This document shows, in pieces, positions 50,825 through 63,175 of a stretch of DNA of 64,000 nucleotides (within the stretch, counting starts at the first letter, position 1; the number at the start of each line of letters is the position of its first letter). The stretch comes from Eledone cirrhosa (taxonomy: Eukaryota). Where the stretch lies: positions 42,780,001 to 42,844,000 of the forward strand of contig OZ024757.1 of assembly GCA_964016885.1 (NCBI GenBank), in the 5' to 3' direction. The position numbers and the translations under genes are program-made. Below the pieces are notes generated by a model. That model was not told the origin of the DNA. It did not search any database and was given only the letters and a program-made list of their open reading frames with translations.

Positions 50825-53800
50825 GCCGGACCGTAGTGCGCATGCGCCAAGGCCGCCGGACCGTAATGCGCATGCGCCAAGGCCGCCGGATCGTAGTGCG
50901 CATGCGCCAAGGCCGACTGACTGTACTGCGCATGTGTCATCGTCGCAGTACCGAACTGCGCATGCGGTAAGGCCGCCGGACCGTACTGCGCATGCGCCAA
51001 GGCCGCCGGACCGTAGTGCGCAGGCGCCAAGGCCGCCGGACCGTAGTGCGCATGCACCAAGGCCGCCTGAGTGTACTGCGCATGCATCAAGGTCCCAGTA
51101 CCGTACTGCGCAAAGGCCGCCGGACAGTAGTGCGCATGCGCCAGAGCCGCCGAACCGTAGTGCGCATGCGCCAAGGCCGCCCGACCGTAGTGCGCATGGG
51201 CCAAAGCCGCCCGACCGTACTGCGCATGCGCTAAGTCCGTAGTACCGTACTGCGCATGCTACAAGGCCGCAGTACCGTACTGCGCATGCGACAAGGCCGC
51301 AGTACCGTAGTGCGCATGCGCCAAGGCCACCGGACCGTAGTGCGCATGAGCCAAGGCCGCCGGACCGTACTGCGCATGCGCCAAGCCCGCCGGACCGTAG
51401 TGCGCATGCGCCAGAGCCGCCGAACCGTGGTGCACATGCGCCAAGCCCGCCGGACCGTAGTGCGCATGCGCCAAGCCCGCCGGACCGTAGTGCGCATGCG
51501 CCAAGGCCGCCTGACTGTACTGCGCATGCGTCAAGGTCCCAGTACCGAACTGCTCATGCGCTAAGGCCACCGGACCGTACTGCGCATGCGCCAAGGCCGC
51601 CGGACCTTAGTGCGCATGCGCCAGAGCCGCCGAACCGTGGTGTGCATGCGCCAAGGCCGCCGGACCATACTGCGCATGCGCCAAAGCCGCCTGACTGTAC
51701 TGCGCATGCGCCAAGGCCGCCTGACTGTACTGCGCATGCGACAAGGCCGCCGGACCGTTGTGCGCATGCGCCAAGGCCACCTAAATGTACTGCGCATGGT
51801 CGCAGTACCGAACTGCGCATGCGCCAAGGCCGCCGGACCGTACTGCGAATGCGCCAAGGCCGCCGGACCGTAGTGCGCATGCGCCAAAGCCGCCGAACCG
51901 TAGTGCGCATGCGCCAAGGCCGCCGGACCATACTGCGCACGCATGCGCCGCGGCCGCAGGACCGTAGTGCGCATGCGCCAAGGCCGCCTGACTGTACTGC
52001 GCATGCGGCAAGACCACAGTACCGAACTGCGCATGCACTAAGGCCGCAGGACCGTAGTGCGCATGCGCCAAGGCCGCCTAACTGTACTGCGCATGCGTCA
52101 AGGTCGCAGTGCCGAACTGCGCATGCGCTAAGGCCGCCGGACCGTACTGCGCATGCGCCAAGGCCGCCGGACCGTAGTGCGCATGCGCCAAAGCCGCCGA
52201 ACCGTAGTGCGCATGCGCCAAGGTCGCCGGACCTGACTGCGCATGCGCCGCGGCCGCCGGACCGTACTGCGCATGCCCCAAGGCCGCCTGGTTGTACTGC
52301 GCATGCCCCAAGGCCGCCTGGTTGTACTGCTCATGCCCCAAGGCCGCCCGACCGTAGTGCGCATGCGCCAAGGCCGCCCGACCGTAGTGCGCATGCGTCA
52401 AGGTCGCAGTACCGAATTGCGCATGCACTAAGGCCGCCGGACCGAACTGCGTATGGGCTAAGGCCGCCGGACCGTACTGCGCATGCGCCAAAGCCGCCGG
52501 ACCGTAGTGCGCATGCGTCAAGGTCGCAGTACCGAACTGCGCATGCGCTAAGGCCGCCGGACCGTACTGCGCATGCGCCAAGGCCGCCGGACCGTACTGC
52601 GCATGCCCCAAGGCCGCCAGGTTGTACTGCGCATGCCCAAGGCCTTCCGACCGTAGTGCGCATGCGCCAAAGCCGCCGAACCGTAGTGCGCATGCGCCAA
52701 GGCCGCCTAACTGTACTGCGCATGCGTCAAGGTCGCAGTACCGAACTGCGCATGCGCCAAGGCCGCCGGACCGTACTGCGAATGCGCCAAGGCCGCCGGA
52801 CCGTAGTGCGCATGCGCCGAACCGTAGTGCGCATGCGCCAAGGCCGCCGGACCATACTGCGCAAGCATGCGCCGCGGCCGCAGGACCGTAGTGCGCATGC
52901 GCCAAGGCCGCCGGACCGTAGTGCGCATGCGCCAAGGCCGCCGGACCGTAGTGCGCATGCGCCAAGGCCGCCTGACTGTACTGCGCATGCGTCAAGGCCG
53001 CAGTACCGAACTGTGTATGGGCTAAGGCCGCCGGACCGTACTGCGCATGCGCCAAGGCCGCCGGACCGTAGTGCGCATGCGCCAAGGCCGCCGGACCATA
53101 CTGCGCATGCGCCAAGGCCGCCGGACCGTAGTGCGCATGCACCAAGGCCGCCTGAGTGTACTGCGCATGCATCAAGGTCCCAGTACCGCACTGCGCATGC
53201 GCAAAGGCCGCCGGACAGTAGTGCGCATGCGCCAGAGCCGCCGAACCGTAGTGCGCATGCGCCAAGGCCGCCGGACCGTAGTGCGCATGGGCCAAAGCCG
53301 CCCGACCGTACTGCGCATGCGCTAAGTCCGTAGTACCGTACTGCGCATGCTACAAGGCCGCAGTACCGTACTGCGCATGCGACAAGGCCGCAGTACCGTA
53401 GTGCGCATGCGCCAAGGCCACCGGACCGTAGTGCGCATGAGCCAAGGCCGCCGGACCGTACTGCGCATGCGCCAAGCCCGCCGGACCGTAGTGCGCATGC
53501 GCCAGAGCCGCCGAACCGTGGTGCACATGCGCCAAGCCCGCCGGACCGTAGTGCGCATGCGCCAAGGCCGCCGGACCATACACCGCATGCGCCAAGGCCG
53601 CCGGACCATACTCCGCATGCGCCAAGGCCGCCGGACCGTTGTGCGCATGCGCCAAGGCCGCCTGACGACTGCGCATGCGTCAAGGTCGCAATACCGAACT
53701 GCGCATGCGCTAAGGCCGGCGGACCGTAGTGCGCATTCGCCAAGGCCGCCGGACCGTAGTGCGCATTCGCCAAGGCCGCCGGACCGTAGTGCGCATGCGC

Positions 53801-56409
53801 CAAGGCCGCCGGACCGTAGTGCGCATGCGCCAAGGCCGCCTAACTGTACTGCGCATGCGTCAAGGTCGCAGTACCGAACTGCGCATGCGCTAAGGCCGCC
53901 GGACCGTACTGCGCATGCGCCAAGGCCGCCGGACCGTAGTGCGCATGCGCCAAAGCCGCCGAACCGTAGTGCGCATGCGCCAAGGTCGCCGGACCTGACT
54001 GCGCATGCGCCGCGGCCGCCGGACCGTACTGCGCATGCCCCAAGGCCGCCTGGTTGTACTGCGCATGCCCCAAGGCTGCCTGGTTGTACTGCTAATGCCC
54101 CAAGGCCGCCCGACCGTAGTGCGCATGCGCCAAGGCCGCCTGACCGTAGTGCGCATGCGCCAAGGCCGCCGGACCGTAGTGCGCATGCGTCAAGGTCGCA
54201 GTACCGAACTGCGCATGCGCTAAGGCCGCCGGACCGAACTGCGTATGGGCTAAGGCCGCCGGACCGTACTGCGCATGCGCCAAAGCCGCCGGACCGTAGT
54301 GCGCATGCGTCAAGGTCGCAGTACCGAACTGCGCATGCGCTAAGGCCGCCGGACCGTACTGCGCATGCGCCAAGGCCGCCGGACCGTACTGCGCATACCC
54401 CAAGGCCGCCTGGTTGTACTGCGCATGCCCCAAGGCCGCCCGACCGTAGTGCGCATGCGCCAAAGCCGCCGAACCGTAGTGCGCATGCGCCAAGGCCGCC
54501 GGACCATACTGCGCACGCATGCGCCGCGGCCGCAGGACCGTAGTGCGCATGCGCCAAGGCCGCCTGGTTGTACTGCGCATGCGCCAAGGCCGCCGGACCG
54601 TAGTGCGCATGCGCCAAGGCCGCCTGACTGTACTGCGCATGCGTCAAGGCCGCAGTACCGAACTGCGTATGGGCTAAGGCCGCCGGACCGTACTGCGCAT
54701 GCGCCAAGGCCGCCGGACCGTAGTGCGCATGCGCCAAGGCCGCCGGACCATACTGCGCATGCGCCAAGGCCGCCGGACCGTAGTGCGCATGCGCCAAGGC
54801 CGCCTAACTGTACTGCGCATGCGTCAAGGTCGCAGTACCGTACTGCGCATGCGCCAAGGCCGCCGAACCGTACTGCGCATGCGCCAAGGCCGCCGAACCG
54901 TACTGCGCATGCGCCAAGGCCGCCGAACCGTACTGCGCATGCGCCAAAGCCGCCGAACCGTAGTGCGCATGCGCCAAAGCCGCTGGACCGTAGTGCGCAT
55001 GCGCCAAGGCCACTGGACCGTACTGCGCGTGCTCTAAGACCGTCGGACCGCAGTGCGCATGCGCCAAGGCCGCCGAACCGTACTGCGCATGCGCCAAGGC
55101 CGCCGAACCGTACTGCGCATGCGCCAAAGCCGCCGAACCGTAGTGCGCATGCGCCAAAGCCGCTGGACCGTAGTGCGCATGCGCCAAGGCCACTGGACCG
55201 TACTGCGCATGTACCAAGGCCGCCGTCGTAGTGCGCATGCGCCAAGGCCGCCGGAACTTTGTGCGCATGCGCCAAGGCCGCCGGACCGTAGTGCGCATGC
55301 GCCAAGGCCGCCGGACCATAGTGCGCATGCGCCAAGGCCGCCGGAGCATACTGCGCATGCGCCAAGGCCACCGGACCGTAGTGCGCATGAGCCAAGGCCG
55401 CCGGACCGTAGTGCGCATGCGCCAAGGCCACCGGACCGTAGTGCGCATGAGCCAAGGCCGCCGGACCGTAGTGCGCATGCGCCAGAGCCGCCGAACCGTG
55501 GTGCACATGCGCCAAGCCCGTCGGACCGTAGTGCGCATGCGCCAAGCCCGCCGGACCGTAGTGCGCATGCGCCAAGGCCGCCTGACTGTACTGCGCATGC
55601 GTCAAGGTCCCAGTACCGAACTGCGCATGCGCTAAGGCCACCGGACCGTACTGCGCATGCGCCAAGGCCGCCGGACCGTTGTGCGCATGCGCCAGAGCCG
55701 CCGAACCGTGGTGTGCATGCGCCAAGGCCGCCGGACCATACTGCGCATGCGCCAAAGCCGCCTGACCATACTGCGCATGCGCCAAGGCCGCCGGACCGTA
55801 GTGCGCATGCGTCAAGGCCGCAGTACCGAACTGCGCATGCGCTAAGGCCGCAGTACCGAACTGCGCATGCGCCAAGGCCGCCGGACCGTACTGCGCATGC
55901 GCCAAGGACGCCGGACCGTAGTGCGCATGCGCCAAAGACGCCGGACCGTAGTGCGCATGCGCCAAAGACGCCGAACAGTCGTGCCCATGCGCCAAGACCG
56001 CCGGACCGTACTGCGCATGCGCCAAGGCCGCTGAACCGTACTGCGCATGCCCCAAAGCCGCCGACCCGTAGTGCGCATGCACCAAGGCCACCGGACCGTA
56101 CTGCGCATGCTCTAAGACCGTCGGACCGTAGTGCGCATGCCCCAAGGCCGTCGGACCGTAGTGCGCATGCGCCAAGGCCGCCAGACCGTAGTGCGCATAC
56201 GCCAAGGCCGCCGAACCGTACTGCGCATGCGCCAAGGCCGCCGAACCGTACTGCGCATGCGCCAAGGCCGCCGAACCGTACTGCGCATGCGCCAAAGCCG
56301 CTGGACCGTAGTGCGCATGCGCCAAGGCCACTGGACCGTACTGCGCATGTACCAAGGCCGCCGTCGTAGTGCGCATGCGCCAATGCCGCCGGACCTTTGT
56401 GCGCATGCG

Positions 56410-57344
56410 GTACGGTGGCCTTGGCGCATGCGCACTAAGGTCTAACGGCATTGGCGCATGCGCACTACGGTTCGGCGGCTTTGACGCACACGGACTACGT
56501 TCCGTCAGATTTGGCGCACGCACACTACGGTCCGGCGGTCTTGGCGCATGCGCACTACGGTCCGGCGACCATGCCGCATGCGCACTACGTTCCGGTGGCC
56601 TTGGCACATGCGCAGTACGGTCCGGCGGCTTTTGCGCATGCGCACTACGGTCTGGCAGCCTTGGCGCATGCGCACTACGGTCCAGCGGCCTTGGCGCATG
56701 CGCACTACGTTCCGGTGGCCTTGGCGCATGCGCAGTACGGTCCAGTGGCCTTGGCGCATGCGTAGTAAGGTCCGGCGCCCTTAGCGCATGCGCAGTACGG
56801 TCCGGCAGCCTTGGCGCATGCGCACTAAGGGCCAGCGGTCTTTGCGCATGCGCACAACGGTCCGGTGGTCTTGGCGCATGCGCACTACGGTCCGGCGGCC
56901 TTGGCGCATGCGCACTAAGGTCCGGCGGCTTTGGTGCATGCGCACTACGGTCTGGCATCATTGGCGCATGCGCACTACGGTCCGGCGGCCTTGGCGCATG
57001 CGCAGTACGGCTGGCAACCTTGGCGTATGCGCACTACGGTCTGTCGGCCTTGGCGCATGCGCACTACTGTCCGGCGGCCTTGGCGTATGCGCAGTACGGT
57101 CCAGCGGCCTTGGCGCATGCGCACTACGGTTCGGCGGCCTTGGCGCATGCGCACTACGGTTCGGCGGCCTTGGCACATGCGTACAACGGTCCGGCGGCCT
57201 TGGCGCATGCGCACTACGGTCTGGCAGCATTGGCGCAGGCGCACTAAGGTCTGGCGGCCTTGGCGCATGCGCACTACGGTCCGACGTCCTTGGCGCATGC
57301 GCACTACGGTCCGACGTCCTTGGCGCATGTGCAGTACGGTCCGG
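56410..57344 (-). repeat. Long inverted arm (935 bp)
   Basis: Copy of 42700-43634 at +13,710. Confidence 0.96.
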
Positions 57345-57946
57345 ATGACTTTTTGGCCATTTTAAGCCTTTATGTTGCCATATTTAGCCATTTTTGAGTC
57401 ATTTTAGTAATTTATGATGCAGTTTTTACCATTTTAGAGCCATTTATAGTCATTTTAGACGTTTCAGTCGTGTTAGAGTCATTCTAGTCAATTATGATAC
57501 GGTTTTAGCATTTTAGTCGTTGATGATGACGTTTTAGTCATTTATGATGCAGTTTCAGCCATTCTGTTGTAATATGGCAACATAAATGATTAAATGGCCC
57601 TAAAATGGCTAAAACAGCATCATATTTGACAAAAATGACTCGTAAATGAGTAAAACGGTATCGTAAATGACTAAAATAACTCTAGAAAGGCTACTACAGC
57701 ATCATAAATGATTAAAATGACTCTAAAACGACTAAAACGTCTAAAATGACAAAAATGGCTTTAATATAGCTTAAACTGCATCTTAAATGACTAAAACTAC
57801 TAAAATGACTCCGAAATGGCTAAAAAAAAACATCATAAATGGCTAAAATGACACTAAAGTGGCTAAAACGGACTGTTAAATTGCTAAATTGTCTCAAAAA
57901 TGGCTAAAACGTCTTCATAAATAAATAAAATGGCTAAAACGTGGGT
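57345..57946. repeat. AT-rich island 11, type C (602 bp)
   Basis: Type C. Confidence 0.97.
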
Positions 57947-60900
57947 GCCGGACCGTAGTGCGCATGCGACAAGGCCGCCGGACCGTAGTGCGCATGCGCC
58001 AAGACCGACTGACTGTACTGCGCATGTGTCATCGTCGCAGTACCGCACTGCGCATGCGGTAAGGCCGCCGGACCGTACTGCGCATGCGCCAAGGCCGCCG
58101 GACCGTAGTGCGCAGGCGCCAAGGCCGCCGGACCGTAGTGCGCATGCACCAAGGCCGCCTGAGTGTACTGCGCATGCATCAAGGTCCCAGTACCGTACTG
58201 CGCATGCGCAAAGGCCGCCGGACAGTAGTGCGCATGCGCCAGAGCCGCCGAACCGTAGTGCGCATGCGCCAAGGCCGTCGGACCGTAGTGCGCATGGGCC
58301 AAAGCCGCCCGACCGTACTGCGCATGCGCTAAGTCCGTAGTACCGTACTGCGCATGCTACAAGGCCGCAGTACCGTACTGCGCATGCGACAAGGCCGCAG
58401 TACCGTAGTGCGCATGCGCCAAGGCCACCGGACCGTAGTGCGCATGAGCCAAGGCCGCCGGACCGTACTGCGCATGCGCCAAGCCCGCCGGACCGTAGTG
58501 CGCATGCGCCAAGGCCGCCTGACTGTACTGAGCATGCGCCAAGGCCGCCTGACTGTACTGCGCATGCGTCAAGGTCCCAGTACCGAACTGCGCATGCGCT
58601 AAGGCCACCGGACCGTACTGCGCATGCGCCAAGGCCGCCGGACCGTAGTGCGCATGCGCCAGAGCCGCCGAACCCTGGTGTGCATGCGCCAAGGCCGCCG
58701 GACCATACTGCACATGCGCCAAAGCCACCTGACTGTACTGCGCATGTGCCAAGGCCGCCTGACTGTACTGCGCATGCGACAAGGCCGCCAGACCGTAGTG
58801 CGCATGCGCCAAGGCCACCTAACTGTACTGCGCATGCGTCAAGGTCGCAGTACCGAACTGCGCATGCGCCAAGGCCGCCGGACCGTACTGCGCATGCGCC
58901 AAGGCCTCCGGACCGTAGTGCGCATGCGCCAAAGCCGCCGAACCGTAGTGCGCATGCGCCAAGGCCGCCGGACCATACTGCGCACGCATGCGCGCGGCCG
59001 CAGGACCGTAGTGCGCATGCGCCAAGGCCGCCTGGTTGTACTGCGCATGCGCCAAGGCCGCCGGACCGTAGTGCGCATGCGCCAAGGCCGCCTGACTGTA
59101 CTGCGCATGCGTCAAGGCCGCAGTACCGAACTGCGTATGGGCTAAGGCCGCCGGACCGTACTGCGCATGCGCCAAGGCCGCCGGACCGTAGTGCGCATGC
59201 GCCAAGGCCGCCGGACCGTAGTGCGCCTGCGCCAAGGCCGCCTAACTGTACTGCGCATGCGTTAAATCGCAGTACCGAACTGCGCATGCGCTAAGGCCGC
59301 CGGACCGTACTGCGCATGCGCCAAAGCCGCCGGACCGTAGTGCGCATGCGCCAAGGCCGCCGGACCGTAGTGCGCATGCGCCAAGGCCGCCGGACCGTAG
59401 TGCGCATGCGCCAAGGCCGCCTGACTGTACTGCGCATGCGTCAAGGCCGCAGTACCGAACTGCGTATGGGCTAAGGCCGCCGGACCGTACTGCGCATGCG
59501 CCAAGGCCGCCGGACCGTAGTGCGCATGCGCCAAGGCCGCCGGACCATACTGCGCATGCGCCAAGGCCGCCGGACCGTAGTGCGCATGCGCCAAGGCCGC
59601 CTAACTGTACTGCGCATGCGTCAAGGTCGCAGTACCGAACTGCGCATGCGCTAAGGCCGCCGGACCGTACTGCGCATGCGCCAAGGCCGCCGTACCGTAG
59701 TGCGCATGCGCCAAAGCCGCCGAACCGTAGTGCGCATGCGCCAAGGCCGCCGGACCAGACTGCGCATGCGCCATGGCCGCCGGACCGTAGTGCGCATGCG
59801 CCAAGGCCGCCTGACTGTACTGCGCATGCGCCAAGGCCGCCGGACCGTAGTGCGCATGCGCCAAGGCCGCCTGACTGTACTGCGCATGCGGCAAGACCAC
59901 AGTACCGAACTGCGCATGCGCTAAGGCCGCCGGACCGTAGTGCGCATGCGCCAAGGCCGCCGGACCGTAGTGTGCATGCGCCAAGACCGCCTAACTGTAC
60001 TGCGCATGCGCCAAGGCCGCCTAACTGTACTGCGCATGCGTCAAGGTCGCAGTACCGAACTGCGCATGCGCCAAGGCCGCCGGACCGTACTGCGAATGCG
60101 CCAAGGCCGCCGAACCGTAGTGCGCATGCGCCAAGGCCGCCTGACTGTACTGCGCATGCGTCAAGGCCGCAGTACCGAACTGCGCATGCGCTAAGGCCGC
60201 CGGACCGAACTGCGTATGGGCTAAGGCCGCCGGACCGTACTGCGCATGCGCCAAGGCCGCCGGACCGTAGTGCGCATGCGCCAAAGCCGCCGAACCGTAG
60301 TGCGCATGCGCCAAGGCCGCCTAACTGTACTGCGCATGCGTCAAGGTCGCAGTACCGAACTGCGCATGCGCCAAGGCCGCCGGACCGTACAGCGAATGCG
60401 CCAAGGCCGCCGGACCGTAGTGCGCATGCGCCAAAGCCGCCGAACCGTAGTGCGCATGCGCCAAGGCCGCCGGACCATACTGCGCACGCATGCGCCGCGG
60501 CCGCAGGACCGTAGTGCGCATGCGCCAAGGCCGCCTGGTTGTACTGCGCATGCGCCAAGGCCGCCGGACCGTAGTGCGCATGCGCCAAGGCCGCCTGACT
60601 GTACTGCGCATGCGTCAAGGCCGCAGTACCGAACTGCGTATGGGCTAAGGCCGCCGGACCGTACTGCGCATGCGCCAAGGCCGCCGGACCGTAGTGCGCA
60701 TGCGCCAAGGCCGCCGGACCATACTGCGCATGCGCCAAGGCCGCCAGACCGTAGTGCGCATGCGCCAAGGCCGCCTAACTGTACTGCGCATGCGCACTAC
60801 GGTCCGGCGGCCTTGGCGCATGCGCTAAGGCCGCCGGACCGTACTGCGCATGCGCCAATGCCGCCGGACCGTAGTGCGCATGCGCCAAAGACGCCGGACC

Positions 60901-62220
60901 GTAGTGCGCATGCGCCAAGGCCGCCTGGTTGTACTGCGCATGCGCCAAGGCCGCCGGATCGTAGTGCGCATGCGCCAAGGCCGCCTGACTGCACTGCGCA
61001 TGCGTCAAGGCCGCAGTACCGAACTGCGTATGGGCTAAGGCCGCCGGGCCGTACTGCGCATGCGCCAAGGCCGCCGGACCGTAGTGCGCATGCGTCAAGG
61101 TCGCAGTACCGAACTGCGCATGCGCTAAGGCCGCCGGACCGTACTGCGCATGCGCCAAGGCCGCCGGACCGTAGTGCGCATGTGCCAAAGCCGCCGAACC
61201 GTAGTGCGCATGCGCCAAGGCCGCCTAACTGTACTGCGCATGCGTCAAGGTCGCAGTACCGAACTGCGCATGCGCCAAGGCCGCCGGACCGTACTGCGAA
61301 TGCGCCAAAGCCGCCGAACCGTAGTGCGCATGCGCCAAGGCCGCCGGACCATACTGCGCACGCATGCCGCGGTCGCAGGACCGTAGTGCGCATGCGCCAA
61401 GGCCGCCTGGTTGTACTGCGCATGCGCCAAGGCCGCCGGACCGTAGTGCGCATGCGCCAAGGCCGCCTGACTGTACTGCGCATGCGTCAAGGCCGCAGTA
61501 CCGAACTGCGTATGGGCTAAGGCCGCCGGACCGTACTGCGCATGCGCCAAGGCCCCCGGACCATACTGCGCATGCGCCAAGGCCGCCGGACCGTAGTGCG
61601 CATGCGCCAAGGCCGCCTAACTGTACTGCGCATGCGTCAAGGTCGCAGTACCGAACTGCGCATGCGCTAAGGCCGCCGGACCGTACTGCGCATGCGCCAA
61701 GGCCGCGGGACCGTAGTGCTCATGCGCCAAAGCCGCCGGACCGTAGTGCGCATGCGCCAAGGCCGCCGGATCGTAGTGCGCATGCGCCAAGGCCGCCTGA
61801 CTACTGCGCATGCGTCAAGGCCGCAGTACCGAACTGCGTATGGGCTAAGGCCGCCGGACCGTACTGCGCATGCGCCAAGACCGCCGGACCGTAGTGCGCA
61901 TGCGTCAAGGTCGCAGTACCGAACTGCGCTTGCGCTAAGGCCGCCGGACCGTACTGCGCATGCGCCAAGGCCGCCGGACCGTAGTGCTCATGCGCCAAAG
62001 CCGCCGAACCGTAGTGCGCATGCGCCAAGGCCGCCGGACCAGACTGCGCATGCGCCAAGGCCGCCGGACCGTAGTGCGCATGCGCCAAGGCCGCCTGACC
62101 GTAGTGCGCATGCGTCAAGGCCGCAGTACCGAACTGCGTATGGGCTAAGGCCGCCGGACCGTACTGCGCATGCGCCAAGGCCGCCGGACCATACTGCGCA
62201 TGCGCCAAGGCCGCCGTACA

Positions 62221-62596
62221 GCGCACTACGGTCTGGCATCATTGGCGCATGCGCACTACGGCCCGGCGGCCTTGGCGCATGCGCAGTACGGCCCGGCAAC
62301 CTTGGCGTATGCGCACTACGGTCTGTCGGCCTTGGCGCATGCGCACTACTGTCCGGCGGCCTTGGCGCATGCGCAGTACGGTCCAGCGGCCTTGACGCAT
62401 GCGCACTACGGTTCGGCGGCCTTGGCGCATGCGTACAACGGTCCGGCGGCCTTGGCGCATGCGCACTACGGTCTGGCAGCATTGGCGCATGCGCACTACG
62501 GTCCGCCGTCCTTGGCGCATGCGCACTACGGTCCGCCGTCCTTGGCGCATGCGCACTACGGTCCGACGTCCTTGGCGCATGTGCAGTACGGTCCGG
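62221..62596 (-). repeat. Short inverted arm (376 bp)
   Basis: Same junction as 7891. Confidence 0.96.
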
Positions 62597-63175
62597 ATGA
62601 CTTTTTAGCCATTTTAAGCCTTTATGTTGCCATATTTAGCCATTTTTGAGTCATTTTAGTAATTTATGATGCAGTTTTTACCATTTTAGAGCCATTTATA
62701 GTCATTTTAGACGTTTCAGTCGTGTTAGAGTCATTCTAGTCAATTATGATACGGTTTTAGCATTTTAGTCGTTGATGATGACGTTTTAGTCATTTATGAT
62801 GCAGATTCAGCCATTCTGTTGTAATATGGCAACATAAATGATTAAATGGCCCTAAAATGGCTAAAACAGCATCATATTTGACAAAAGTGACTCGTAAATG
62901 AGTAAAACGGTATCATAAATGACTAAAATAACTCTAGAAAGGCTACTACAGCATCATAAATGATTAAAATGACTCTAAAACGACTAAAACGTCTAAAATG
63001 ACAAAAATGGCTTTAATATAGCTTAAACTGCATCTTAAATGACTAAAACTACTAAAATGACTCCGAAATGGCTAAAATGACACTAAAGTGGCTAAAACGG
63101 ACTGTTAAATTGCTAAATTGTCTCTAAAATGGCTAAAACGTCTTCATAAATAAATAAAATGGCTAAAACGTGGGT
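62597..63175. repeat. AT-rich island 12, type A (579 bp)
   Basis: Carries the type A diagnostic variants. Confidence 0.97.

Larger units (their letters stand above)
32110..59546 (+). repeat. Near-identical tandem duplication with a 13,710-bp unit
   Basis: Identical ORF translations recur at exactly +13,710 (32342/46052, 37098/50808, 40630/54340, 44970/58680). Private variants are shared at 35731/49441, 44821/58531 and 45191/58901. Confidence 0.95.
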
